Numbered from the stretch's first letter, positions 8,874 through 19,214 are shown. The stretch: 64,000 nucleotides of DNA from Sterolibacteriaceae bacterium (GCA_043738385.1 JAYUGL010000167.1:348-64347); one strand, 5' to 3'. Made by a program: numbers and translations. Notes: a model not told the origin generated them from the letters alone.

Positions 8874-11267
8874 CTAGGCTGTCTTGGCGGCTTTGGGTTG
8901 CAGCAAGAACGTCGCCAGGCTGGGAACGATGATCAACGCGCCGAGCATGTTCCAGAGGAACATGAAGGCCAGCAAGATTCCCAAGTCGGCCTGGAACTTG
9001 ATCGGCGACCAAGCCCAAGTGATCACGGCGGTCGCCAGCGTTACACCGATCAGCGCCACAACCTTGCCGGTAAATACCAGGGCGCCGCTATAGGCGTCGC
9101 GGACCGACATGCCTTGGCGTTGCAAGGCCAGGAATACCGTCAACAAATACAACGAATAGTCGACCCCGATGCCAACCCCCAGGGCCACCACCGGCAAGGT
9201 GGCGACCTTGACGCCGATGCCCAGCATCACCATCAGGGCTTCACCCAATATGGAGGTCACGATCAGCGGCAGCACCGCCACGACCACGGCACGCCAACTG
9301 CGGAAGGTGATGAAGCACAACACGATCACCGCCGCATAGACGTACAACAACATGGTGCGGTTGGCCTTGGCCACCGAGATGTTGGTGGCCGCCTCGATGC
9401 CCGAGGATCCAGCGGCAAGGAGGAACTGGTAATTGGCGGTATTGTGTTTCGCGGCGAAGTCTTCGACAGTGTTGACGACGCGCGTCAGTGTCTCCGCCTT
9501 GTGATCAGAGAGGTAGGCGATCACCGGCACCACCGAACGGGCTTCGTTGAACAGTTCCGGGTTGGAATTGAAAACATAGTCGATGGCATCGGCGACGACA
9601 TAGTTGTCGCGGTTGATGGTCACCCACCTGGGCGAGCCTTCGAAGCCGGCCGCCGAGTAAGTCCGCGCCAGACTTGCCGGCGATACTGTGGTCTGAACGC
9701 CGGGCACGTCACGCAGGATGTCCTCCAACCTATCCATTTCCAGAATGGTCTGATAGCTGACCACACCATAATCTTTGGGAGTGGTGACGATGACCGCGAG
9801 CTGATCGCTGGAGAGTGCGTAGTGCTTGGTGACAAAGGCGTTGTCGAGGTTGTAGCGGGAGTCGACGCGCAGCTCGGGGGCGCCAGGATCCAGATCGCCG
9901 ATCTTGAGGTTCTCGCCGATCTTCAACGCGACCCCGGTGAGGATCAAGGTAACGATAATCACGCCGATAGCCCAGGGCCGGCTGGTGAAACGGCTTAGCA
10001 CGCGCACCAACGGGTGGTCGCCTTCGGCGGACTTGAGGGTGCGGGCGGCGGCCTTGGCACTGACGCTGGTATAGGACAGCAGGATGGGCAGCAGGATCAG
10101 GTTGGTGAAGATCAGCACGCCTACGCCAATGCTGGAAGCGACGGCCAGGCCGCGGATGACGGGAATGTCGATCACGGCCAGCACACCGAAGCCGACGGCA
10201 TCGGCCAGCAGCGCGGTGAGACCGGCGAGAAACAGGCGGCGGAAGGTATAGCGCGCGGCGACGTACTTGTGCGTGCCGCGGCCAATGTCTTGCATGATGC
10301 CGTTCATCTTCTGCGCGCCGTGGGAGACGCCGATGGCGAAAATCAGGAAAGGCACCAGCACCGTGTAAGGGTCGAGCACGAAGCCGAGCATGCGCATCAG
10401 ACCGAGCTGCCAGGAGACGGCGACGACGGAACAAATGACGACCAGCAGCGTGCTGCGCACGCAGCGGGTGTAGAAAAAGATCAACGCAGCGCAGATCAGG
10501 GCGGCGTAAGTGAAGTAGGTGAATACCTGAATCAAACCATGGATCAGATCGCCCACGATCTGGGCAAAGCCAACGATGTGGATTCGGACACCCTTGGCCT
10601 GATATTCTTCACGGATAACATCCACCGCGTCGTGGAAGGCGCGGTAATTGAGCTCCTTGCCGGTGACGGGATCGCGATCCAGCAACGGCACGACGATCGT
10701 GCTGGAGCGCTGATCGTTGGACACCAGCGAACCGATGATGCCGGCGCGTTGGATATTGTTGCGCAGGGCCTCGATGCTCTCGGGGGAGCCGTTATAGGTG
10801 TCGGGCATGACCGGGCCGCCCTTGTAGCCTTCGGCGGTGATCTCGGTCCAACGCACCACCGGCATCCACAGCGACTTCATGTACGAGCGGTCAACGCCGG
10901 GCACCAGGAAGACCTTGTCGTTAATGTCGCGCAGGACCTCAATATAGTGGGCATCGTAGATGTCGCCCTTTTCGCTTTCGACAGCGATCCGCACCGAGTT
11001 GCCCAGACCGCGCAAGTTGGTTTGATTGGCGAAATAGTTTTTGATGAAGGGCTGCGACTGCGGCATCATCTTTTCGAAGCTGGCATTGACCTCCAGCTTG
11101 GAGGCCTGATAGCCCAGCAGGACCGTCACCAGCGCGCAAATGATCACCAACACCAGGCGATTATTGAAGATAAGGCGTTCCAGGAAATTGCCGGAGCGCG
11201 CATCGAAGTCTTCCCGCCGCGGCACGACGGGCATTGAATTGATTTGGTTTTCGCTGGGGATGTCCAT
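8874..11267 (-). CDS. RND-superfamily (MMPL/HpnN-like) exporter
   Basis: 797 aa with two blocks of ~6 hydrophobic helices separated by large soluble loops. It is the last gene of the DUF1302-DUF1329-BNR-RND quartet. Confidence 0.8.
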   Translation of the reverse strand: MDIPSENQINSMPVVPRREDFDARSGNFLERLIFNNRLVLVIICALVTVLLGYQASKLEVNASFEKMMPQSQPFIKNYFANQTNLRGLGNSVRIAVESEKGDIYDAHYIEVLRDINDKVFLVPGVDRSYMKSLWMPVVRWTEITAEGYKGGPVMPDTYNGSPESIEALRNNIQRAGIIGSLVSNDQRSSTIVVPLLDRDPVTGKELNYRAFHDAVDVIREEYQAKGVRIHIVGFAQIVGDLIHGLIQVFTYFTYAALICAALIFFYTRCVRSTLLVVICSVVAVSWQLGLMRMLGFVLDPYTVLVPFLIFAIGVSHGAQKMNGIMQDIGRGTHKYVAARYTFRRLFLAGLTALLADAVGFGVLAVIDIPVIRGLAVASSIGVGVLIFTNLILLPILLSYTSVSAKAAARTLKSAEGDHPLVRVLSRFTSRPWAIGVIIVTLILTGVALKIGENLKIGDLDPGAPELRVDSRYNLDNAFVTKHYALSSDQLAVIVTTPKDYGVVSYQTILEMDRLEDILRDVPGVQTTVSPASLARTYSAAGFEGSPRWVTINRDNYVVADAIDYVFNSNPELFNEARSVVPVIAYLSDHKAETLTRVVNTVEDFAAKHNTANYQFLLAAGSSGIEAATNISVAKANRTMLLYVYAAVIVLCFITFRSWRAVVVAVLPLIVTSILGEALMVMLGIGVKVATLPVVALGVGIGVDYSLYLLTVFLALQRQGMSVRDAYSGALVFTGKVVALIGVTLATAVITWAWSPIKFQADLGILLAFMFLWNMLGALIIVPSLATFLLQPKAAKTA

Positions 11268-11297
11268 GGAATCGTGTTTGCTAGGAGGTTATTTCAA

Positions 11298-12410
11298 TCA
11301 GCGTGGTGTTGTCGCCGTCGCGTCGCGCGGCGTCTCTATTCTGAGACCTTCGATTCCGGTGACAACAAAGGTATCAGGACCCACTGCAGCGATCCCGGTA
11401 GTCCGCATCGGTTTGCTTTGCGGCAGCAGCCGGACATTTTTTCCAGTCTTGTCGAGCAGCAGGAATTGCCCGGCGGCATTGATCAGGACGAAGCCCTCGC
11501 CATCGGAACGGGCAATGCCAGCGGCGATGGTCTGCTCGCTAAGCAGGGGCACGGCTTCCCAATGCTTGCCGAGGTCACCGCTGCGGTAGATCGTGCCGCG
11601 CAGGCCGTAGGCGATCAGGGTGTCGTCGATGCCGGCGATGCCGAAGAAGCTGCCGTTGTAGCCGGTGTCGGTCTTGGTGAAGTAACCGCGGCTCCTGTCG
11701 AGCCGGTAGATCTGACCGTGCTCGCCAAAGACGTACAGTTCTTTGCCGATACCGCGTATTCCATTGAGGTTGAGCCTTTCCTTGTTGTCGATGCGATGCA
11801 ACCAGGGTTCCCAACTCTTGCCGCCGTCACGCGTGGCGATCAACATGCCATAGGATCCCACCGCATAGCCGGTGTTGCTGTCGTCAAACCAGACATCGAG
11901 CAGCGGCAGCGCGGGACCCGCCTTGTAGTTGACTCCCATGGTGGTCAATTCTGCAGCGCCATCCGCCCCCATCTTGGTGTAATACGCGGTAAACGCCTCG
12001 CCGGCGATGCGGCCGTCAAGTTGCTTGGTCCACGTTTTGGCGCCATCGGCGGTATGGAGCACCACGCCGTCGTGGCCCACCGCCCAGCCGTCGTTAGCAG
12101 TAGGAAACTGGACTGCAAGCAGGTCACTTTGCACCGGGACTTGGCCCTGGACCCAGGTCTTGCCCTGGTCATCGGAAACGATGACCAGGCCGCGCGAACC
12201 CACCGCCACCAGTCGCGGGCCGGCATGCGCAATCGCCTGCAGCGTGCGCGTGGACAGGGACTTTCGCATATCCGCCGGGGTGTCCAGCGGATCCTGGAAT
12301 TTGACTTCAGACAGCGCCGGTACTGAAACCAGCGCCAGGGAAAAACAGCACACCGTGAGCCACAGCCGATACAGCTTGCGGGCCGGATTTATTGTATTGA
12401 CGCCTGACAT
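11298..12410 (-). CDS. BNR/Asp-box repeat protein, Ycf48-like beta-propeller
   Basis: Signal peptide after ATG 12410. Repeated Asp-box motifs: SDDQGKTW, TADGAKTW, TRDGGKSW, SGDLGKHW. Confidence 0.75.
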   Translation of the reverse strand: MSGVNTINPARKLYRLWLTVCCFSLALVSVPALSEVKFQDPLDTPADMRKSLSTRTLQAIAHAGPRLVAVGSRGLVIVSDDQGKTWVQGQVPVQSDLLAVQFPTANDGWAVGHDGVVLHTADGAKTWTKQLDGRIAGEAFTAYYTKMGADGAAELTTMGVNYKAGPALPLLDVWFDDSNTGYAVGSYGMLIATRDGGKSWEPWLHRIDNKERLNLNGIRGIGKELYVFGEHGQIYRLDRSRGYFTKTDTGYNGSFFGIAGIDDTLIAYGLRGTIYRSGDLGKHWEAVPLLSEQTIAAGIARSDGEGFVLINAAGQFLLLDKTGKNVRLLPQSKPMRTTGIAAVGPDTFVVTGIEGLRIETPRDATATTPR

Positions 12411-12477
12411 GGCGCGAGCCCCTTCTAGAAAAACCAAATTGGACGCGGGATTTTACAAAACAAGCCTTGCGCTAACC

Positions 12478-12513
12478 AAAAAAATGCGGCCGGCCGACCG
12501 GCCGGCCGCATTT
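12478..12513 (-). terminator. Strong rho-independent terminator between the DUF1329 and BNR genes
   Basis: Perfect 14-bp GC-rich stem (12482-12495 / 12500-12513) with a 4-nt loop, followed on the minus strand by a run of 7 T. It starts 8 nt after the DUF1329 stop. Confidence 0.8.
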
Positions 12514-12521
12514 AGGTCAGC

Positions 12522-13952
12522 TTAACGTACGCCCGACGCAGCAACCGACTGCGGAGTGAAATTCAACTTGCCCTCGCAGCAGTCACTATTATTCCAGGCG
12601 CGCAACAAATTGCCCGGCTTATTCACATCCACGTTGATGAACATGAAGTTGCCCTTGATGATGTCGTAGGTGGTCCAGGAGTCAACACTCGCGCCACCGG
12701 TATCGTAGTGGGCGAAGAGGTTGTTTTGCTGGACACGATACAGATTGCCGGCATTGTCGTACTGGTCGGCACCGACGATGGCCCAGGAATCCTCATCGAC
12801 ATAGAAGGTACGTTTCGAGTAGATATGCCGAGCGCCCGGCTTGCGTATCGCTTCAACGACCCAGACGCGGTGCTTTTCCCAACGCACTATATCGGGATTG
12901 ACAAACTTCGTCTTGAACATTTCCTCTGTTTTTGCGGTGCTGGTGGATTTATAGCTGTTGTAGTTGACGATCAGTTCCTTCTTGCCGAGCAGCTTGAAGT
13001 CATAGCGGTCGAGACGACCGACATAGCCGAAAATCTCGTCCCAGAAGATCACGCCGCCGTAGCTGGCGATTGGCACGTCATAGGCAAATTCCGGTGCCAT
13101 CCGCACCCGACGCTGACCGGGCGTATAGAACCAGACCTTCTGTCCGCCGTCTTCACCGCGCGCGGTGTAGAAGTTGAGGAACACGATGCCGGCCGACGTC
13201 GGCGGTGCGGTCAACACCGCATTAAAACCGAATACCGCGTCACCCGGAATCTCCTTGCGGATCGGCTTGGTCTTGTTCTCGTCATACCAAGCGTGGACAA
13301 AATACTCGTCAACGCTAGGCAGGTTCGTGCGGTTGCCCGCGGTATCGACCAAGTAGCCCTGATTCTTGCGGTGCGTAATGGTGGGCGCAAAGTGGGTGAA
13401 GTGATTCCAGATTACTTCCGCTCCGGTCTTGGGGATTGGGAACGGTACACCCGGAAAAGCATTATTGCCTTCGTCAGCACCGAGCAGATTGTCGCCATAG
13501 ACCGGCCCTCCGAGCTTCGCCGTGGTGGCATTCTTGATCGTGTTGGCCAACACCCAGGGCGAATAACGCGCCGTGCGATGGCTAGGATAGACATCGACGC
13601 GGTAGCCCGGATACAGCTTGATCATCGCCTTGGTTCCAGCGCCGAGCAGGGCGTCATACTGGGCGACGTTCTTGGCATCGATCGAGTACAGCGGCTTTTC
13701 GTTGGCATACGGATCCACGTAAAACTGGTTCTTGTTGGGATCGTAGCTCGGCACATCCTTCATGGCCAGACCGCCGGTGTAGGCCGGAATCGAACCGTCG
13801 GCATTGCCGGCTTTTTCGGCGCCAAACTCGGTCAGCGTGGTGCCCAATTGCTTGGCTTCTTCGGCCGAAACCGCCGCCAGCGCCGACGACATACCCAGTG
13901 TCGCTAGCCCAGCCGCCATCAGCAGGCTCAGAACTGTCTTGTTACTTACCAT
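12522..13952 (-). CDS. DUF1329 family periplasmic (LolA-like) protein
   Basis: Signal peptide plus LTEFGAEKAGNADGSIPAYTGG near the N-terminus, typical of DUF1329. Adjacent to DUF1302. Confidence 0.75.
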   Translation of the reverse strand: MVSNKTVLSLLMAAGLATLGMSSALAAVSAEEAKQLGTTLTEFGAEKAGNADGSIPAYTGGLAMKDVPSYDPNKNQFYVDPYANEKPLYSIDAKNVAQYDALLGAGTKAMIKLYPGYRVDVYPSHRTARYSPWVLANTIKNATTAKLGGPVYGDNLLGADEGNNAFPGVPFPIPKTGAEVIWNHFTHFAPTITHRKNQGYLVDTAGNRTNLPSVDEYFVHAWYDENKTKPIRKEIPGDAVFGFNAVLTAPPTSAGIVFLNFYTARGEDGGQKVWFYTPGQRRVRMAPEFAYDVPIASYGGVIFWDEIFGYVGRLDRYDFKLLGKKELIVNYNSYKSTSTAKTEEMFKTKFVNPDIVRWEKHRVWVVEAIRKPGARHIYSKRTFYVDEDSWAIVGADQYDNAGNLYRVQQNNLFAHYDTGGASVDSWTTYDIIKGNFMFINVDVNKPGNLLRAWNNSDCCEGKLNFTPQSVAASGVR

Positions 13953-13974
13953 GGTTTTCTCCTAGTGGTACTTT

Positions 13975-15804
13975 TTAGAATGAAGTCTTGTATTGCAACT
14001 CGACCCAACCGCGGTCATTCACGCCCACCGGACCGGCACCGCCGAAACCGTTATAAAACGCTCCAGGGGGGGCCGTCCCAAAAACAGGGCCAGTTGGCAA
14101 GTTGCCGGTGGTATTGGTGCGCCAATGATTGCCGTTGTAGGACAGCGTGAGCTGATGCTTCTGCTGATAAATGGCCCGCAGCCCAACCGAGTAGATGTTG
14201 GTGCCTTCCTGGTAGAAGGCGCTCGCACGATACGCCGGGTTGCCATGGACGCCATAGGTGTAGGAAATCGGCGCCTCCAGATCAACCCCGGCCCAGACCT
14301 GCTGCCACTGCGGAATAAACAACATTGCGATCGCCAGCGAGTTCTTGGTGGCGCAGCCATCCCTATCTCTGCCACCGCTTGCGGCACCGGTGGGATTACA
14401 AATGAAGTTCCCTGCAGAGTCTTTACGGCCCACAAAGCTCGCCTGATCTCCATTGTCGGTGACGCTGTTCAGATGCGTGAAGGAAAACTCGGCCAGCAGA
14501 ATGCCGGAATCCCACAGCTTCATATCCCCAATCGAGTTGCCACCCAACTGGACAAAGGTGTTGCCGATCAAGTTGGTGATATTGCCTCGGGCACCCAGTC
14601 CATCGGGACCCGCAAGAAAGGAGCTGGCGAGCTCCGTGTGACGACGGGTGCTCAATTCCCAGCCGGTGCTGATCAGGCCAAAGGTCTTTTCAAAGCTGAT
14701 ACCGACCAGCTTGGTCTTTTGCGCAGCGGTGTTGTAGATGCTAAAGAAAGGGATCGAAGTTCCGTTTGTGTTCTTAAGCGATTGCTGGCCACCGGACACG
14801 TTAAGCAGCGGATAGGGATCCACTTCGTCCAACTGCCGGTAGTAGAAACCCATATCGCCACCAATTAATGGCACGTCAGACCAAGTCAGTTTCAAACCGT
14901 AGTTGTGGTTGTTGTTTTGGGGTTGGGCATTGCCGTGGTTACCAACAAAGCAACCAATCTTGTACGCATCAAGACCTAAGGCTCCAGTCAAAAATGCGTT
15001 CCCATTGTTGCAAGGCCCCACGGGACCGTTGTAAAGAACGTCGAAGAAGCCAAAATAAGTGCCGGCTTCAGGGTAGAGATTCTGGCGATATTCAAGAAAG
15101 TATTCCGCCGTGAGCGAGACGTTCTTCGTCAGATCGGCCGACACCAGGATCTGGTTGCGCGGGAGGAACAGTTCCTTGACCTCGGAACCCGGCTGCGTGA
15201 ACGCTTTGTTGAAATCGATTGGCGACTGTGAATAGGCAATATTGGAGAACGCGAAGAAGAATGCATTACCCCAGTATTGCGTCAGGCGGCCGACCTTGGC
15301 GTAAACTTTATGGTCTAAAATTTCGGTGTTGTAGAAGACAAAGCCGTCCAGCCAGTCCCCGCCCTGGACAAAATAGTGCTTGGTTGTGTTGGTGTAGGTG
15401 TCATTCGTGTAGGGATGAGACCCGGCGGCCGCGTATGCGGGATTCTGGGCGACGTGGTCAGTGTAGTTGAAATCCTTCCAAATCGAGGCCGACATGCGGA
15501 AGCCCATATTGCCCTGGTAAGTTCCCTGAAACTCCATCAGATCCTGAACGCGGTTGGTGACCATGTCACCCTTGTGCTGAAACTTGTAGTCACCGGCCTG
15601 AAAGAACGGGGCGTTACCAATTTTGCTGTTGATCTCCTGCGCCCGCCAACCCATGGTCCATTGCACGGTGTTGTCGAACTGCATTTCCCAATCCGGACCT
15701 GCATCCACTTTGAAAGCGTGCGCGGTGCCTGCCGTGCATACGGCCGCAACCGCCAATGTCAGCGCCTTCAACGAAAATCGGTTCCCTTTTTTAGTACCCC
15801 TCAT
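13975..15804 (-). CDS. DUF1302 family outer-membrane-associated protein
   Basis: 609 aa with a signal peptide, aromatic/Gly-rich beta-rich composition and a C-terminal ...YKTSF. GGAGAA RBS upstream. Canonical partner of DUF1329. Confidence 0.75.
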   Translation of the reverse strand: MRGTKKGNRFSLKALTLAVAAVCTAGTAHAFKVDAGPDWEMQFDNTVQWTMGWRAQEINSKIGNAPFFQAGDYKFQHKGDMVTNRVQDLMEFQGTYQGNMGFRMSASIWKDFNYTDHVAQNPAYAAAGSHPYTNDTYTNTTKHYFVQGGDWLDGFVFYNTEILDHKVYAKVGRLTQYWGNAFFFAFSNIAYSQSPIDFNKAFTQPGSEVKELFLPRNQILVSADLTKNVSLTAEYFLEYRQNLYPEAGTYFGFFDVLYNGPVGPCNNGNAFLTGALGLDAYKIGCFVGNHGNAQPQNNNHNYGLKLTWSDVPLIGGDMGFYYRQLDEVDPYPLLNVSGGQQSLKNTNGTSIPFFSIYNTAAQKTKLVGISFEKTFGLISTGWELSTRRHTELASSFLAGPDGLGARGNITNLIGNTFVQLGGNSIGDMKLWDSGILLAEFSFTHLNSVTDNGDQASFVGRKDSAGNFICNPTGAASGGRDRDGCATKNSLAIAMLFIPQWQQVWAGVDLEAPISYTYGVHGNPAYRASAFYQEGTNIYSVGLRAIYQQKHQLTLSYNGNHWRTNTTGNLPTGPVFGTAPPGAFYNGFGGAGPVGVNDRGWVELQYKTSF

Positions 15805-16066
15805 TGCTCTTCTCCTTTTTCACGAATTTGGTTCACGTTTACTCAACAAACGCTTGTTGGACGGATGGTGAAACGGTGGCGATGGTAATTCAACTTCCAG
15901 CGACTTGAAATAGTTAATTTCGTTAACTGTGTTGTTTATACCACACTGTATTCGAACACTACCATGACGCATGGAAAAATTACGGCGTGGTATGAAGACG
16001 GTACGGCACGGTAGCATGCGAATCAAATACGCCATGTTTTAACGCTAACCAGTGACCAATCAACAT

Positions 16067-17203
16067 TCACAGCCCCATGTCCTTGGCGATGATGCTGCGC
16101 AGAATTTCGTTGGTGCCGCCGCCGACCATGCCGTGCTTGGCCTCGCGGAAATAGCGTTCCATGTCGTATTCGGGCAGTTGCGCGTAACCGCCCAGCGCCT
16201 GCATGCCATTGAAGGCAATTTTGAACAGGGTTTCCGAAGTGATCAGCTTGGCCATCGTGACTTCCTTGACCGCCCGCTCGCCGCGCGCCATCTTGCTCGC
16301 GGCGGAATAGACCATCAGCCGTGCGGCTTCGAGTTCCGCCTCGTTTTGCGCCATGCGGTGCTTGAGCACCTGAAATGACGACAAGGTCTTGCCGAACTGC
16401 TTGCGGTCCTTGGTGTAGCGGATCGTGTCGTCCAGCGCGGTACGCGCACTGCCGACCTGTGACGCGGCGATGCTTAGCCGCTCATATTCGAGGTGTTCGC
16501 CGATGTACTGCCAGCCTTTGCCCACTTCGCCGAGAATTGCGTCTTGTGGAATCCGCATGTTGTCCATGAAAAACTCGGTGGTACCGAGGCTCTTGCGGAC
16601 GATGGTGTTCATCTTCTTGATGTCCAGCCCCGGTGTCGTGTTGGGCACCAGGAACAGGCTGAAGCCGTTGTAACGATCCTGGCTGGTGCGGGCCAGAATC
16701 GCGATGGTCGCGCCCGGCAATTGCGCCCCGGAACACCACACCTTGTTGCCGTTCAATACCCATTCGTCGCCTTCAAGGCGCGCTGTGGAGCGCGCCGATG
16801 CGGCGTCTGAACCTGAGCCGGGTTCGCTGATGGAAATTGAAAACTTGGCGTCGCCTTTCAGAAAGGGGGGCAGGTATCTTTGTTTCTGCGCCGGCGTTCC
16901 GTGCCGCGAAATATTGGTCGCGGTGAACATCGACGTCATGATGCAGGCCGCAGTATCGAGACTGTGCTTGCCGATGGCCTCGCAGAAGATCGCGAACATG
17001 ATGGGATCGGCGGCAACGCCGCCATCCTCCTCCGGCACCATCAACCCCAGCCAGCCCTGGTCGGCCATTTTCTTGTACACCGCTTCGGGAAAGTCCCGAT
17101 TGGCGTCATGCTCGCGGGTATATTCGCGACTCACTTCTTTCTCCATGAAAGAGTGCATCGTGTCGTGCCACAAACGCTGTTCTTCAGTGAAGCTGAAATC
17201 CAT
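16067..17203 (-). CDS. Acyl-CoA dehydrogenase
   Basis: Internal ATG 17203 (MDFSFTEEQRLW...) of ORF 16067..17395. ACAD motifs SISEPGSGSD and C-terminal GGGTNEILRSIIA. Confidence 0.9.
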   Translation of the reverse strand: MDFSFTEEQRLWHDTMHSFMEKEVSREYTREHDANRDFPEAVYKKMADQGWLGLMVPEEDGGVAADPIMFAIFCEAIGKHSLDTAACIMTSMFTATNISRHGTPAQKQRYLPPFLKGDAKFSISISEPGSGSDAASARSTARLEGDEWVLNGNKVWCSGAQLPGATIAILARTSQDRYNGFSLFLVPNTTPGLDIKKMNTIVRKSLGTTEFFMDNMRIPQDAILGEVGKGWQYIGEHLEYERLSIAASQVGSARTALDDTIRYTKDRKQFGKTLSSFQVLKHRMAQNEAELEAARLMVYSAASKMARGERAVKEVTMAKLITSETLFKIAFNGMQALGGYAQLPEYDMERYFREAKHGMVGGGTNEILRSIIAKDMGL

Positions 17204-17366
17204 GAACTTTCCTTTTGCGAATCGTTGTGTTGACGCCAGTTGCCGCAACCTTATGGTACGGCTGAGGGTGCGACAGGCCGGGCTGGCAATGCGGTGGGTG
17301 TATTTTGCTTGTATTCGTCGCAGCCTCAAAGCGCTGCTTGACGATGCATGGTTTCGCACCTGTGGT

Positions 17367-17408
17367 TTGACAAACAACAATGTTGCGAAGTACATTAAAA
17401 CAAATGTT
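17367..17408 (+). promoter_or_regulatory. Candidate promoter with two AACA-N-TGTT palindromes (possible TetR operators)
   Basis: TTGACA (17367-72), 18 nt, TACATT (17391-96). Palindrome CAACAaTGTTG (17375-85) lies in the spacer and AACAaaTGTT (17399-408) lies just downstream of the -10. Confidence 0.4.
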
Positions 17409-17471
17409 AGTTGGGTTGATTTATGTTGTCAAGCCGACCAAGACTCATTCGATAAAAATCAGAATTCACTC

Positions 17472-19214
17472 ATGATCTTAACTCCATCGCAACGGCGGAA
17501 ATTGCTTGAGGCGCGCTATCCGGCATGGAAGCCGATGACCATTTCTCAGGCGCTGGATGCGGCGGCGGCCGAGTTCGGCACCAGACCGTTGGTCATTACG
17601 GATGAGCGGAACTACAGCTACCAGGACATCCAGCGTTGGTCGCGACGCCTTGCTTCAGGCTTGATCGCGCGCGGCGTACGCACGGGCGATCATGTTGCAA
17701 TCGTTCTGGCCAACTACCCGGAATATGTCGCGGTCAAATATGCTTTAGCGCGGGTCGGCGCGGCGGCGGTGCCGATCAACTACCTGCTGAGACGCCAGGA
17801 GTTGCGCTACGTGCTGGCGCAATCGGATACCACCGTGCTCATCACCATGAATCGGCTGCGCGACCACGACTATCTGGATGACCTGGATGAAATCGCGCCG
17901 GGCTGGGAAACCGGTGGTGGCGGTTCTCACCTGCCCGTGTTGCGTGACGTCTTTGTGTTTTCCACGGATGGCGAGCGGCGCTCGGGCACCGCGGATCTCG
18001 ACGATCTGGCGCGGCTGGCCACGGCGCTGAGCGATGCCGAGCTGGCGCACCGCGAAGCAAACGCTGACCCTGACTCTCTTTCCGACGTGATCTATACCTC
18101 CGGAACCACGGGCCGCCCCAAAGGGGTCATGCTCAGCCACGACATGATTCTGCGCGCGGCGTATGCCTCGGTCTACACCCGCGCGTTTGAAGACGGCCGC
18201 CGCATTCTTTTTTCGCTACCGATGTATCACGTCTTCGGCTATGTGGAATGTTTGATCGCTTGTGCCTTCAGCGGCGGCGCGATCATTCCGCATGTCGCTT
18301 TCGACGCCGAGCAAATGATCGCGGCAGCCGAACGCCATCACGCCAGTGAAATCGTTTGCGTGCCGGTCATGACGCTCAAGCTGCTGGAGGTGGTGCGCCA
18401 GCGCGGTTTCGATCATTCCAGCCTGATCGCCATGTTCAACTCCGGCGGTGCGTCGCCGGCGACGATCTGGCAGGAGATCCGCGATGTGCTAGGCGCGCGC
18501 GAGATTCTCACCGGCTACGGCATGACCGAAACGACCGCTTCGACGACGTGCACATTTCCGGAAGGTCCGGACGACAAGCTGCTCACCACCAATGGACGAC
18601 TCAAGTACGCGGGGGTCGCGGGCGATCCCGCGCTCGATGGGCTGCTTGCCTTGTATAAGACAATCGATCCGGAAACCGGCGCCGACCTGCCGGTTGGAAT
18701 GCCTGGCGAGCTGGTGGCGCGCGGGCCCATCGTCACCGCCGGTTACTATAAAAAGCCGGAGGAAACTGCGGCGGCATTCAACGCGGCAGGCTGGTTGCAT
18801 ACGGGTGATGTTGGCATCGTCGACGCAGAGGGTTACCTGACGCTGACCGGGCGCATCAAGGAGACCTATCGTTGTGGCGGCGAGATGGTCATGCCGCGTG
18901 AAATCGAGGAACTCGTCAGCGAGCATCCGCTGGTCGGTCAAGCCTTTGTCATCGGCATCCCCGATGCGAAGATGGGTGAGATTGGCTGTGTCTGCATCGT
19001 CCCTGCTGGAGAGCAGCGCCCGGCGCCACAGGAAATCGTCGATCTGTGCGCCCGCCGCCTGGCGCGTTTCAAGGTACCCGGTCATGTACTCTTCCTCTCC
19101 GCGCAGGAGATTCCTTACACGGCAACCGGCAGGGCGCAGAAATTTCGCCTTGCCGAGATTGCCCAGCAGCAACTGGTTGCCATGGGCAATCCGCCCGCCT
19201 TGCGCCCGTCTTGA
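17472..19214 (+). CDS. AMP-dependent acyl-CoA synthetase
   Basis: Internal ATG 17472 (MILTPSQRRK) of ORF 16686..19214. Motifs YTSGTTGRPKGV, GYGMTE, HTGD. The upstream 786 nt of the listed ORF is antisense to the ACAD gene. Confidence 0.85.
   Translation: MILTPSQRRKLLEARYPAWKPMTISQALDAAAAEFGTRPLVITDERNYSYQDIQRWSRRLASGLIARGVRTGDHVAIVLANYPEYVAVKYALARVGAAAVPINYLLRRQELRYVLAQSDTTVLITMNRLRDHDYLDDLDEIAPGWETGGGGSHLPVLRDVFVFSTDGERRSGTADLDDLARLATALSDAELAHREANADPDSLSDVIYTSGTTGRPKGVMLSHDMILRAAYASVYTRAFEDGRRILFSLPMYHVFGYVECLIACAFSGGAIIPHVAFDAEQMIAAAERHHASEIVCVPVMTLKLLEVVRQRGFDHSSLIAMFNSGGASPATIWQEIRDVLGAREILTGYGMTETTASTTCTFPEGPDDKLLTTNGRLKYAGVAGDPALDGLLALYKTIDPETGADLPVGMPGELVARGPIVTAGYYKKPEETAAAFNAAGWLHTGDVGIVDAEGYLTLTGRIKETYRCGGEMVMPREIEELVSEHPLVGQAFVIGIPDAKMGEIGCVCIVPAGEQRPAPQEIVDLCARRLARFKVPGHVLFLSAQEIPYTATGRAQKFRLAEIAQQQLVAMGNPPALRPS

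Noticed and set aside
8790-11237. Long plus-strand ORFs (8790..9998, 10014..11237), 400+ aa, antisense to the RND exporter gene.
   Set aside because: Their translations are Gly/Arg/Asp/His-rich low-complexity strings with no motifs. They are typical high-G+C shadow ORFs opposite a clearly real membrane-protein gene.
15820-16035. 71-aa ORF in the AT-rich intergenic region upstream of the DUF1302 gene.
   Set aside because: It lies in promoter-like AT-rich DNA with no RBS and no recognisable fold. It is probably non-coding regulatory sequence.
16686-17471. N-terminal 262 codons of listed ORF 16686..19214.
   Set aside because: This part runs antisense through the acyl-CoA dehydrogenase gene and the AT-rich divergent promoter region. 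The ligase homology only begins at ATG 17472.
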